The translations under genes and the position numbers were made by a program. 64,000 bases of DNA, taken from assembly GCA_951406725.2 (NCBI GenBank), contig OX597820.1, forward strand, positions 21,080,001 through 21,144,000. Reading direction: 5' to 3'. This stretch comes from Octopus vulgaris. Taxonomy: Eukaryota. The notes under the pieces are model-generated. The model ran no database searches. It had not been told where the DNA came from and saw nothing but the letters and a program-made list of their open reading frames with translations. This document shows positions 36,809-50,217 of the stretch, in pieces (the stretch's first letter is position 1; the number at the start of each line of letters is the position of its first letter).

Positions 36809-37186
36809 ATATTTCTTTTATTATCCACAAGGGGCTAAACATAGAGGGGACAAACAATTTCAGACAAAGGTATTAAGTCGATTACATCGACCCCAGTGCA
36901 TAACTGGTACTTAATTTATCGACCCCCGAATCGATGAAAGGCAAAGTCGACCTCGGTGGAATTTGAACTCAGAACGTAACAGCAGACGAAATACCGCTAA
37001 GCATATATGCCAGTATGGAAGGTGGATGTTAAATGATGATGTTGATAATGATAATGATGATGATGATGATGATTTATATATCTGAATTAAAAAGTTTTTT
37101 GAATGATGCCATTTGTTTTCATTTTGTTCTTAATCTATCTATCTATCTAGCATTCATACATACTTATGTGTGTATATATATATATA

Positions 37187-37244
<58 letters not shown>

Positions 37245-37555
37245 AGGTTGAATGGGTGGGAACTGTCTAGAAACGGTATATCATCTCTTCTATCCAGCAA
37301 TGTGTCGTTCATTGTTATTTTGGTAATTAATCCTATGGAGAAAAAGAAATTTATGAAACAACATATTCACCATTGCATACTGTATGAATTTCGCCAAAAA
37401 CAATACCGTTACAGAAGCAATGAAAAACAGATATAGTGAAAGCTTGTACATGTTAGCTGTGGATTAAAATGTTTAAAGGTGGAGATTGTGACATATCTAA
37501 CAAGCCTTGCTCTGGAAGTTGACCCACTCTGAATGTCAGCCTTTTGAATGATGCT

Positions 37556-37970
37556 ATTACTCTTTTACTCTTTTACTTGTTTCAGTCATTTGACTGTGGC
37601 CATGCTGGAGCACCGCCTTTAGTCGAGCAAATCGACCCAAGGACTTATTCTTTGTAAGCCTTGTACTTATTCTATCGGTCTCTTTTGCCAAACCGCTAAG
37701 CAATTGTGACGTAAACACACCAGCATCAGTTGTCAAGCAATGTTTTGGAGACAAACATAGATACACAAATACACACACATATATATATACATATACATAT
37801 ATACGACGGGCTTCTTTTAGAATTTCCGTCTACCAAATCCACTCACAAGGATTTGGTCGGTCCGAGGCTATAGCAGAAGACACTTGTCCAAGATGCCATG
37901 CAGTGGGACTGAACCCAGAACTATGTGGTTGGTAAGCAAGCTACTTACCACACAGCCACTCCTGTGCCTA
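37556..37970 (-). mobile_element. SINE family A inserted in the mariner fossil
   Basis: Full-length reverse copy between transposase segments. Confidence 0.9.
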
Positions 37971-38167
37971 TTGTAGAGGATCTACATCAAAGCACCAAAG
38001 ATTTGGCCCCAAAATTTAATGTGTCATGTTCAACTCTCCACAAATATCTCAAGCAAATTGGGAAAACATCCAAAGAGTGAATTTGGGGTCTGCATGAGCT
38101 CGTGCTTGAAATCCAAACACAACATTCCACCTTCTGCAGCTGTCTTCTAACCAGGAATAACTTATCT

Positions 38168-38399
38168 GGCGGCCAGCTGGCAGAATCGCTAGCACGCCGG
38201 GTGAAATGCGTAGCCGTATTTCGTCTGCCATTACGTTCTGGAGTTCAAATTTCGCCAAGGTCGACTTTGCCTTTCATCCATTCGGGGTCGATTAAATAAG
38301 AGCCAGTTATGCACTGGGGTCGATGTCATCGACTTAAGCCCTTTGTCTATCCTTGTTTGTCCCCTTTATGTTTTGCCCCTTGTGGGCAATAAAGAAATA
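38168..38399 (+). mobile_element. SINE family C with 15 bp target-site duplication
   Basis: TSD aggaataacttatct at 38153-38167 and 38400-38414. Confidence 0.92.
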
Positions 38400-38519
38400 A
38401 GGAATAACTTATCTCATTTCTGCAGTGTATTGTTATAGGTGATGAGAAATGGGTTTTACATCACAACAGAAAATGAAAAAGACAATAGTTTTCATGTAAT
38501 GAGATGCCAGTTCCAAACT

Positions 38520-39468
38520 GTCTTTATTTGAATAGTTTTAATCAAGAATGTAATCACCATCGTTTTCAACAACTGCAGCCCAACAGGCGAGTAACATTTT
38601 TATGCCGCATCCAAAGAAACCTATTTCTCCTCCTGAGAAAATAGTACGAAAGGCAGTTTTCAACTTCCTCTCTTGTTTCTGAATGTTTTGCCAATTATAA
38701 AATACCTTCCTTCTTGTCCATACCTTCCTTCTTGGGACACATAACTCTACTTGTGAAGACCTGTTGAGGCAAGTAAAAATCAAAGAATTTAATCAAAATC
38801 GATCAACATCAATAGAATTTGTAGTTTTGTGGTACCAGTGCCAGTGGCACATAAGAAAACCATCCGAACGTGGCCGTAGCCAGCACTGCATCGACTGGCC
38901 TCCATGCTGGTGGTACGTAACAAACACCATCTGATCGTGGCCATGCCAGCCTCGCCTGGCTTCCGTGCTGGTGGCACATAAAAAACACCGTCCAAGCGTG
39001 GATGTTCGCCAGCCTCGTCTGGCACCTGTGTCGGTGGCACATAAAAAGCACCCACTACACTCACGGAGTGGTTGGCATTAGGAAGGGGATCCAGCTGTAG
39101 AAACACTGCCAGATCTGACTGGCCTGGTGCAGCCTTCGGGCTTCCCAGACCCCAGTTGAACCGTCCAACCCATGCTAGCATGGAAAGCGGACATTAAACG
39201 ATGATGATGATGATGTACTGATCAGGACAGATGGAAATCTGTAGGTGCTAAGTCAAGTGAGTGTAGAGGATGTGGAAGAAGTTCCTATCCTAATGTTCCT
39301 ATTTTTTCTTTGGTTAATTTTGAAGAATGTGGCCATGAATTATACTGGAGCATAACACATTTCCTGTTTACCAAAGTTGGCTCCATTCAATGTAATTTTT
39401 CATTTACATGCTCAAGTTGTTAGCAATAAATATCTGCATTGATGGTCATTCCATGTTCCAGTAGCTCA
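38520..39468 (-). pseudogene. Fossil mariner transposase, C-terminal half on the opposite strand, interrupted by an RTE fragment
   Basis: Minus strand: ELLEHGMTINADIYC..QLEHV...LVNRKCVMLQYNSWPHS; ELLPHPLHSLDLAPTDFHL (YSPDLAPSD-like); FFGCGIKMLLACWAAVVENDGDYILD*. Confidence 0.8.
38790..39215 (+). mobile_element. RTE LINE 3' UTR copy with tandem subrepeats
   Basis: Colinear with 19015-19500. Confidence 0.85.
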
Positions 39469-39623
39469 CGGCTGTGTGGTAAGTAGCTTGCTTATGAACC
39501 GCATGATTCAGGGTTCAGTCCCACTGCGTGGCACCTTGGGCAAGTGTCTTCTACTATAGCCTTGGGCCGACCAAAGCCTTGTGAGTGGATTTGGTAGACG
39601 GAAACTGAAAGAAGCCTCATGTA

Positions 39624-39680
<57 letters not shown>

Positions 39681-39877
39681 ATATGTTTGTGTATCTGTGT
39701 TTGTCCCCTCAACATCATTTGACAACCGAAGTTGGTGTGTTTACGTCCCCGTAACTTAGCAGTTCGGCAAAAGAATACGTACTAGGTTTACAAAGAATAA
39801 GTGTTGGGGTCGATTTGCTCAACTAAAGGCGGTGCTCCAGCGTGGCCACAGTCAAATGACTGAAACAAGTAAAAGAG

Positions 39878-39878
<1 letters not shown>
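39469..39878 (+). mobile_element. SINE family A lacking the first ~12 nt
   Basis: Starts at ggctgtgtggtaagtagc. Confidence 0.88.
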
Positions 39879-39911
<33 letters not shown>

Positions 39912-39924
39912 TTTACATGAGGTG

Positions 39925-40115
39925 GTGGGGGCATGAAAAGTTCCAGTCTTGAGTAAAAGAAAGTACAGGAGGATCAGTTAATTATGATTTTATTCAACAT
40001 TAACACATTTATTACTATGGTCCTTCAGTTTTTCTAAGCTCTGTAAAAGGACTCAGAATGCTGAACCTTCAGCCAGGCCTCTTGCAATACCCTTTGAGTT
40101 AGCAACTTTTCAGTA
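39925..40115. mobile_element. Mariner-derived MITE, degenerate
   Basis: tgaaaagttcc...aacttttcag; homologous to 52725-52940. Confidence 0.7.
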
Positions 40116-40472
40116 CATGCATATACAGCAGGCTTCTGCACAGTATCTGCCTACGAAATTCACTCACATAGACACGAGTTGGCCTGGGACTATAGCAGAA
40201 GACATTTGTCCAAAGTGGAGCACAGAGGGATTGAACTTGAAATTACATGGTTGCAAAGGAAGCTACTTAACCACACAGCCATGCCCACACCTACAGGCCA
40301 TATATCATGCAATAAGTGGTATGAAATCTCAACTACCATATACTTCAGAACTTATCCTGTCATTTGAGCTACAAACTTAATTTCTTTTATCAACACTATT
40401 GGATTCAGCTTGTTCCAATCAATGCCAAAGTTATTCTACAAAGTTAAATGTTTATTAGTGTTCACTGACATA

Positions 40473-40495
40473 TGCTGCTGCTGCTGCTGCTGCTG

Positions 40496-40526
<31 letters not shown>

Positions 40527-40530
40527 CATA

Positions 40531-40579
<49 letters not shown>

Positions 40580-41043
40580 TAACTACTACTACTACTACTA
40601 CCACCACCATAACTACTACTACTACTACTACTACTTTCACTACCATCACCACAACCACAACTACCATAACTACTACTATTACCACCACCACCACAACTAC
40701 CATAACTACTACTATTACCACCACCACCACAACTACCATAACTACTACTATTACCACCACAACCACCACTACCAGCATAACTACTACTACTATCATCACC
40801 ACCACCAACACCACCATAACTACTATTACTACCACCACCACCACCACCACCAACACCACCATAACTACTACTACTACCACCACCACCAACACCACCAACA
40901 CCACCATAACTACTATTACTACCACCACCACCAACACCACCATAACTACTACTACTACCACCACCATAACTACTACTACTACCACTACCATAACTACTAC
41001 TTCTACTACTACTACTACTACCACCACCACCAACACCACCATA

Positions 41044-41126
<83 letters not shown>

Positions 41127-41222
41127 CACTACCACCACCATTACCATCACCACCACCACCAACACCACTACCACCACCACCGCCGCTCCTACTGCTACTG
41201 CTGCTGCTGCTGCCGCTGCTAT
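40473..41222. repeat. Compound trinucleotide satellite with higher-order unit (CAC)n-CAT-AAC-(TAC)n
   Basis: The motif cataactactac recurs more than 10 times; (TGC)n at both ends. Confidence 0.93.
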
Positions 41223-41934
41223 TATTGGCAAGCTGACAAAGATGGTGTACTGGCTGAATCACTATTGCATTGGAGAAAATACTTAGTGGCATTTCTTCCG
41301 GCTGTTTAAGCTCAAATCCCACCAATGTCAACTTTACCTTTTATCCTTTTAGGGTCAATAAAATAGGCACCAGTCAAACACTGGAGGCGATGTAATCAAC
41401 TCATCCCTTCTCCCAAAATTTCTGGCCTTGTGCCTATAGCAGAAAGGATTATTATTATTATTATTATCTTTGCACAGCTTCTAACGCTGGAGATGTACTC
41501 TGATGTCAGCTGTTCACTACCAGTGAACTAAGGTAACACCCCTTATTTTTCGAGCACCATCCAAAGTATTCGAGCGGTTTCAAGCAGTGTTGTTTTCGGC
41601 AAGTGCTCCACCCTTATTGTAGCCCCTATTTGTTCCATGTACCTCCCAAGCATTTATACTATTATCACCACCATCATCATTATTAGGGCAGTGAGGTGGC
41701 AGAATTGTTAGCACACCGGACGAAATGCTTGGCAGCATTTCATTTACCTTTACATTCTGAGTTCAAATTCCACTGGGGTCAACTTTGTTTTTTGTTCTTT
41801 TGGGGTTGATAAAATGAGTACCAGTTGAGTATTGGGATCAATGTAATCGGCTTATCCCTTCCCCAAAGTTACTGGCTTTGGGCCAAAGTTTGAAACCATT
41901 ATTATTATTATTATGTCATATATGCCTAGCAGAT

Positions 41935-42403
41935 TAACCCTTTTGTTACTGTATTTCTGTTGAGATGCTCTGTGTCTCTTTCAATTACTTTAAATATAAC
42001 AAAGAATTTAGGAAAATAACATAGTTATCATTCAGCTAGTGTTAGGAACATTAATTGTGATTAACGATTGGTGGAAGATTTTAATTCAAAACTTATGAAA
42101 ACAAGACATTTGTACTCAGAGCCAGAGTCGGTTTCAGCTGGGTTGGTAATGAAAGGGTTAAGAATTGTTTCTCTATTGTATATTTTAACCCTTTTGTTAC
42201 CATATTTCTGTTGAGATGTTTTGTGTTTCTTTCACTTAATTTTAAAAATAACAAAGAATTTAATAAAATAACATAGTTATCATTCAGCTATTGTTAGAAG
42301 CATAAGGTCTGGTGGAAGATTTTAATTCAAAACTTATGAAATCAAGACATTTGTACTACAGAGCCACAGCCAGTTTCAGCTGGGATGGTAACGAAAGGGT
42401 TAA
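41935..42403. mobile_element. Dimer of the piggyBac-type MITE
   Basis: ttaacccttttgttac...aaagggttaa, spacer gaattgtttctctattgtatatt, second copy ending cgaaagggttaa. Confidence 0.88.
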
Positions 42404-42834
42404 ACTATTGGAATAGAAAAATTCCTAACATCGGACTATAACAAGTAACCTTAGATGCCAAGAACCTTCCTAAGTATCCTAGCTGTTCCAAATAACACTG
42501 TTTTCTAGAACTGCACTTAACTAGCTTTTATGCTTGTTTGCTCAATCCATCTGTTCAACTATTATGATTACTATTCTGTAGTCTTATTTTTATATTGTGC
42601 TTTCACTGAACTACCAAGTGCAGCTCTGTGTGCCTTGGGTATGTGCTGTGTTTTTTTGTGATGCTCTTATTTTTACTGTATTGAAAGTGTTTTTAAATTT
42701 TGTTGGTCTTGTTTACATGCAAAAGCCTCACAACAGCACACACTCACACACATACACACACACATTCTTATTTGTCTTGTGCAGTCCATAATGTTTTTCT
42801 TAATGTAAACACTTGTGGTTAATAAGAAACTATT

Positions 42835-43530
<696 letters not shown>

Positions 43531-43888
43531 TATGTTTGACTTTTGCTTTATATTTGTACAAGTTGGCTCCAAGTGTCACCCAGAGACCTCAAGAGACAAC
43601 AGGTTGGAAGTTCATGTTGTTGTTATGCCTAGCGTGCCATATATTTGTTTTGTTTTTTTTTGGTGTTGTACTAGTGAATGTCTAAATAAAAAAACCAAAA
43701 TTATGTTTGTTTTCAACCCTGAGATTACATAGAAAGTATTTTGCGTAGGATATGAGCAGTTCCCATGAGCACTATCTTTTGGATTTCTGCCAATTTTTGG
43801 GTTTCCTGGTATCTGAGCTAGGTAGCAATCAGCCCCTTTCGCTATTATTCCCAGGGCACCTATGTCAACAGGTATTGTTTTAGTCTTC
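43531..43888 (-). mobile_element. R4/Dong-like RLE LINE 3' fragment embedded in (TAA)n
   Basis: Minus strand: KTKTIPVDIGALGIIAKG...AEIQKIVLMGTAHILRKILSM* (one frameshift); (TTA)n on both sides. Confidence 0.75.
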
Positions 43889-44299
43889 TTCTTATTATTA
43901 TTACCATTATTATTATTATTGTTATTATTATTATTATTATTACTGTTATTATTATATTAAGTACAGAGCTGGTAGAATCGTTAGAACGTCATAAAAAGTG
44001 TTTTATGTATTTCTTCTAGCTCGTTATGTGCTGAATCCAAATTCTGCAGCGGGCAGTGTTTATTTTTCATACTTTCAGGTCAATAAAATAAATACCTGTT
44101 AAGCATAAGTGCTTATGTAAACAACTCACCTTCCCCCACCCAAAATTGCTGGCCTTGTGCCAAAATTAGAAAGAATAATTACTGTTATTATTTATGTCTA
44201 AACGTTTATTGTATAAATCACCATTTTAAAGAGCATTATTCAGTTGTTTGTTAAAAATATCTCCTACCTTTCTTTAATCTTTAATCTTTAATCTTTAAT

Positions 44300-44780
44300 C
44301 TTTTATCACTTACATGTTTTAGTCATTAGACTGTGGCCAGGCTGGAGCACCACCTTGAAATAATGTTGGTCGAATGAATCGACCCTCAGAACTTATTTTT
44401 TTTAAAGTCTGGTACTTATTCTATCAGTCTCTTTTGCTGAACTGCTAAGTTACAGGGACACAAACGCACCAACACCGTTTCTCAAGCAGTCACAGACAGG
44501 CTAACACAGACACAAAGGCACACACATAAACATACATGCATACATACATACATATATATATATATGTGTGTATATATATCATCATCATCATCATCATCAT
44601 TGTTTACACACAAACACACACAAACATATGTACACAACAGGCTTTTTTCAGTTTCTATCTACCAAATCCACTCACAAGGCTTTGGTCAACCCAAGGCTAT
44701 AGTGGAAGACACTTGCCCAAGATGTCACACAGTGGGGACTGAACCCAGAATCATGTGGTTGGGAAGCAAGCTTTTTTACC
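44300..44780 (-). mobile_element. SINE family A, older subfamily
   Basis: Reverse copy, tail gttttagtcattagactgtggcc. Confidence 0.8.
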
Positions 44781-45276
44781 ACACGCTCATGCCTGTACCT
44801 ATCTAGCACAGAAATATCACTAAAGTCTGTTACGATATTGGCAACTAAGACACAAGCAGAAGCTTTGGTAAGTGAATTCTTATAGACTACTTATATTAAT
44901 TACTTTAGGGCAAATTTCCTTGCTAGAATGACTAATGTTACTACAGATAATAATAACATTCCTAATAGATAAGTTCCCTGAGCTGTGAGAAAATGTGGCA
45001 AGTTCTGATAATTTCAGCAGAACCTTTCTTTGGAAGAAATGAGGTCAAGTGTGCTGGAAGGCAGAAAGTGAAGTGAAGGAGGATAAAAATGGTAAATGGA
45101 ATGACCAGATATTTAGTAGAGAGGAGGGTAATGAATAGCCCCCAAACTGTCAGAATTCGTTTCACACAATGATATTGTTATATCTTAATTTTTACCCATT
45201 TTTATTATTTGTCATTGTTTTGTTCTTATTTGCCAAGGCAGACCATTGTCTCAGACTTAAGTACTGTTTCTTTAAT

Positions 45277-46308
45277 ATTACATATTGGCAAGGCAGCGAG
45301 CTGGCAGAATAGTTAGCATGCTGGGTGAAATACTTAGTGGTATTTCGTCTGCCGTTATGTTCTAAGTTCAAATTTCACTGAGGTTGACTTTGCCTTTCAT
45401 CCTTTCTGGGTTGATAAATTAAGTACCAGTTACACACTGGGGTTTATGTAATCGACTTAATCCATTTGTCTGTCCTCGTTTGTCCCCTCTGTGCTTAGCC
45501 CCTTGTGGGTAGTAAAGAAATAAGTATTTTATCTGCCATTACGTTCTGAGTTCAAAAACCGCTAAGGTCAACTTTGCCTTTCATCCTTTCGGGGTCAATA
45601 AATTAAACATATTGGCAAGGCGGCAAGCTGCCAGACTAGTTAGCATGCCGGGTGAAATGCTTAGTGGTATTTCGTTGGTTTTTACATTCTGAGTTCAAAT
45701 TCCACCAAGGTCGACTTTGCCTTTCATCCTTTCAGGATCAATAAATTATGTATCAGTTGTGTACTGGTGTCAATCTAATTAATGGGCTCCTTTCACCCAA
45801 ATTTCAGGCCTTGTGCCTAGAGTAGAAAAGAATATTACGTATTGGCAAGGTGGCGAGCTGCCGAGCGAAATGCATAACGATATTTTATCTGTCTTTACGT
45901 TCTGAGTTCAAATTCTGCCAAGGTTGACTTTGCTTTCATTCTTTCAGGGTCATTTAAATAAGTACCAGTTATGCACTGGGGTTGCTGTAATTGACTTAAT
46001 TCCTTTGTCTGTCCTTGTTTGTCCCCTCTAAGTTTATCCCCCTGTGAGCAATAAAGGAATACACATTACATAATAGCAAGGCAGCAAGTTGGCAGAATAA
46101 TTAGCATGCCGGGCGAAATGATTAGCGGTATTTTGTCTGTCTTTACGGTCTGAGTTCAAATTCCGCCGAGGTCGACTTTACCTTTCATCCTTTTGGGGTC
46201 AATAAATTAAGTATCAGTTATATACTGGGGTTGATCTAATCGACTGGTCCCCTCCTCCAAAATTTCGGGCCTTTTCCCTAGAGTAGAAAATAATATTACG
46301 TATTGGCT
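45277..46308 (+). mobile_element. Head-to-tail stack of SINE C copies separated by a recurring 14 bp spacer
   Basis: attacatattggca-like spacer at about 45277, 45606, 45835, 46066 and 46295. Confidence 0.85.
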
Positions 46309-46869
46309 CAAGCATGTTGGCTCAAGTCTTCTTAGCAACCATATGGTTATATATGCAGCTTCACTGCTTGACACCTTGAGCAAGTGTCTTATACTATAAC
46401 CCTGGACCAACCAAAACCTTGTGAGTGGATCTGGTAGATGGAAAGTGAAAGATACCTTTTGCATATAATTGCATCAGGCATGTGCCATCAGTAATTACTC
46501 AGGGTAGACAGTTGATAACCTTTATGTAGTAAGACGTACAAAAATAAGCGAAACACAGGCATGAGACTGAGTTGTAGGCAGATTTACATCTGCCTTTATA
46601 GCACGTAAAGAAAACGTTGTTGCAGGAATGCATGTGGCACGTGTACTACAGCATTATTATGCATAGATTGAAAAGCAGGGATGAATTATGCCTACCTAAT
46701 CTACAAAAAAAAATATATATATATTTTGCATTTTATGCATAGTAATCAGAGTAACCTTCATAATTTTATTGAATTAGGCACATATTTTGCCATAAAAGAA
46801 AAATGTTGCTATCAATCTATTTTCTTCAAGGTAGGCACTGCCTACCTTGCCTGCCTAGACAGCATGTCC

Positions 46870-47169
46870 CTAGTATGTATTTATGTTTGTATGTATGTAT
46901 GTATGTATGTGTGTATGTGTATGTATGTGTATGTGTGTATGTATGTATGTATGTATGTATGTATGTATGTATGTATGTATGTATGTATGTATGTATGTAT
47001 GTATGTATGTATGTATGTATGTCATTGTTCAGTTTTATTTCAAGATTTCTTGCCAATAGACAAAGAGCTGGTTTGTAACCTACATCCTAGGTTCCTTCGT
47101 TGGAATTTCAACATCAACAACATGGTATTTTTGTATGTATGTATGTATGTATGTATGTATGTATGTATG

Positions 47170-47203
<34 letters not shown>

Positions 47204-47235
47204 TGTATGTATGTATGTATGTATGTATGTATATG
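46870..47235. repeat. (TATG)n tracts flanking a LINE 3' UTR
   Basis: Direct reading. Confidence 0.9.
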
Positions 47236-47810
47236 TGCAGATTTGTATGTTTTGCTGTATCTATTCTCATGTATATAGTTGCATATCTAGACATGTTTAT
47301 ATATATTTGAATGATAAACTTCTGGAAAATTTCACAGATTTTTACAGTTCCAGTTATGGACTAGATCTATAGTCTATGAATTAGCTTTCTCCTTTCTGGT
47401 TCTGAGAAGTCTAATTTCTCAAAATTGGTATTTAGGCAGTGTGTTATATATCCCAGGACCCCAATAATCACAGGTATAAACCTGAATGTGTAATCTGGAT
47501 AGAGAAACTGCAGGATTCTCAATAGTTCAGCATAGGTATTCTCTTTTCACTGATCTTCAGCTTTATGTTAACATCTGCCAGGCCACTAATTTCCACAACT
47601 GTACACTGTTTCTCATGCATATAGTTGCATATCTAGACATGAGTATATACATTTAAATGATAAACTTCTGGAAAGTTTTACAGATTTTTACAGTTCCAGT
47701 TATGGATTGGATCTGTTGTCTTCAAATTAGGTTTCTCTTTTCCAGTTTTGAGAAGCCTAATTTCTCAGGATTGGTATCTAGGCAGTGTGGTACACGACCC
47801 AGGGCCTCAA
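47022..47810 (-). mobile_element. RLE-type (R4/NeSL-like) LINE 3' fragments, two in tandem, ending in (ATAC)n
   Basis: Minus strand: EKQCTVVEISGLADVNIKLKISEK/ENTYAELLRILQFLYPDYTFRFIPVIIGVLG...; second copy at 47613-47810. Confidence 0.72.
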
Positions 47811-47829
47811 TATACTAGTTTTACCTTGA

Positions 47830-48930
47830 GGGACAGACTAACGGTGCACAGGTAACAAATCTAGGAACCCACGACTAGGAAAATTCCTGTAAGCAAACAC
47901 CTAGACCAATGCTCTGTAAACATAAAGCTGAAATACCCAATCTTCCCTCTCTGTCAATGCACCTGAAACACTTCAACACAATTCCGTTTAAATAAGGGGA
48001 GCATATTCATTGAAAAATAAAAATATAAAGCACAGCTGAATATCCTTTAAAAAGAAGAAAAAACACTAAAGAGAAAAAGGAAAAAAGACTCAATTTCTCC
48101 ACAAAAAAACCCCAAAAAACCAGGAGCAACAATCAGTTTTAAAAACTTTAGTGTCAGTCTTCTATCCGGGTTTCGAAACCGCAACTCCATATCCCCATAC
48201 AATAACACCATACAAACACCAGTTGTCAACATCTATCTCTAGACCGATGAAATTTTACAAATACCAGTTACTGACATTACCTAACTCTAGACCAATCAAA
48301 ATTGAACAACAGTAAATTCAACAAAATGACACTTTAAGAGAACCAACCAACTGGAATGACCGATGACCATTCCCCACATGGAAGCCAACCAGGTAGAACA
48401 ACAAACTTGACCAACAGAAAAACAAGACATCACTAGTACTTTAACGAATCAAAAATCAGATCCAGTCACAGAAAAAAATTATAAATACACCAGATTCCAA
48501 AACACACCATTACAAGCAAAAGTTCCTACACGTGATGGAAAGAGGATCAGAGAGATTAAAAACCAAATCTCATTTTCTTACTATCTTCATCTCCCTTGTT
48601 TTTTCCCCCTCTTAACTCAGTATGACTGAAAATTTGATGATATTCATTTCTTATCAATCTCTACTAACACTAATGAACTTTATACCTTCAAACAAATTGA
48701 TGCACATTTTTAATATTATTGACTGTTATGAACATATAAACTTGTCAACATTGAAATTTTTAAACATGTTTTTCTAATTCATAATTAAATTTGTCTGTTA
48801 TGAACATTTAAACTTGTCAACATTGAAACTTTTAAGCATGTTTTTCTAATTCATAATTCTAAATTTTTACCATTGACAAGCAAAAAATATTGTTGAAACT
48901 AGTTTGGTATATATGTAAATAAATTTATTT
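47830..48930 (+). mobile_element. Probable decayed Penelope-like element (A-rich strand, terminal tandem repeat and hammerhead motif)
   Basis: A/C-skewed decayed sequence, 72 bp duplication at about 48724-48858 and hammerhead motif at 48868-48909; no clear protein motif. Confidence 0.35.
48868..48909 (+). ncRNA. Minimal hammerhead motif, U3:A8 variant, imperfect stem II
   Basis: tacca-UUGACAA-gcaa(aaaata)ttgt.t-GAAA-ctag-UU-tggta. Confidence 0.5.
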
Positions 48931-49018
48931 TAAGCAATTACAAGTTTTTCAAATTTAGGTGCATTTTCAACAAATTTGCCTATATTTTTTCCTGTGTGGA
49001 AATACATCCACTCTTTTG

Positions 49019-49083
<65 letters not shown>

Positions 49084-49189
49084 TGTATGTATGTATGTAT
49101 GTATGTATGTATGCATGTATGTATGCATGTATGTATGTAAGTATATACATATATATGTATGTATGTACATATTTGTATATGCACATACA

Positions 49190-49812
49190 CAGAACCAGAG
49201 ATAAGGAAACCATGATGGTCCTCTGGAGGACATTCGTCCTCAGCCACCTGGATTACTGCTCCCAGCTATAGTCAGCCAACAGTGTAAAATCAACAGCAGA
49301 CCTTGAAGAAATCCAGTGAAGCTTCACAAAGATCATTTCATTGCAACAGCTCAGCTGCTGGGAAAGGCTGAAACAGTTAAGACTCTACTCCCTGGAACGA
49401 AGGCGGGAGAGGTATGCAATAACATACATCTGGAAGATCCTGGAAGGAATTGTGCCAAATTTTGGCATTGAAAGCTACACCAATGCCAGAGCAGGTCAAC
49501 ACTGTATAGTGCCAAAGATCCCAGCAATGCCATCGCACTTCAGGACCAGTTACTGCAACAGCCTGGGTTTCAGGGGCCCACAGCTTTTTAACATTCTCCC
49601 AAAGAGCCTGGGGAACCTGTACAAAGTAGATGTAGGTGTTTTTAAATCAAGGCTGGATCTCTTTCTGTTGAGGGTCCCAGATGAACCTACCTCACGGCAA
49701 GAGGTGCAAATTTTTCCCCAAGTGCCAGATATTAGAGGAGGATCTCAGTAATAACAGTGTAGCAAAATGGCAGTGCACCAGCATGGCCGTAGCTCTGAGC
49801 TGAAACTACAGA
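49190..49812 (+). mobile_element. 5'-truncated diverged copy of the CR1-group LINE
   Basis: [25 protein letters not shown]...LYSLERRRERYAITYIWKILEG...VPDEPTSRQEVQ aligns with 11700-12220; ends cagcatggccgtagctctgagctgaaac. Confidence 0.92.
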
Positions 49813-50081
49813 GATATATACACATGAATATTCTTCTACATATTTCAGTTATTTGATGCATTCATTTTGGGAAGCATTTTGAAGAATTAATTAGGCAAAA
49901 TGGCTCTAAAGCTAATTATCTAAGTCTGGTAATTAGTTTGATAGTTTCCTTTAGCTGGACCATTAATTTACAGTGACATAACAAAACCAACAGTGGCTGT
50001 TAAGTGCCGAAGACAACAAGCACAGAGACACAAACACACACACGTACACATGCATATGTGCACAAACATACTCATACCCAC

Positions 50082-50128
<47 letters not shown>

Positions 50129-50217
50129 TACACATTGTTCTTCAGACCATTCTGCAGATATTAATGAGCTGTTAACAGGCAGGCAAAACCGAATTGTTCA
50201 GAGGTTTCACTACAACA

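Larger units (their letters stand above)
37340..38519 (+). pseudogene. Fossil mariner transposase, N-terminal half, interrupted by SINE A and SINE C
   Basis: KQHIHHCILYEF; WIKMFKGGDCDISNKPCSG; STKDLAPKFNVSCSTLHKYLKQIGK..WGLHEL (WVPHEL-like); FLQCIVIGDEKWVLHHN (first catalytic D). Confidence 0.85.

Noticed and set aside
40462-41331. 289 aa Gly/Ser-rich protein gene
   Set aside because: The ORF starts inside a SINE C copy, has no signal peptide and is pure trinucleotide repeat.
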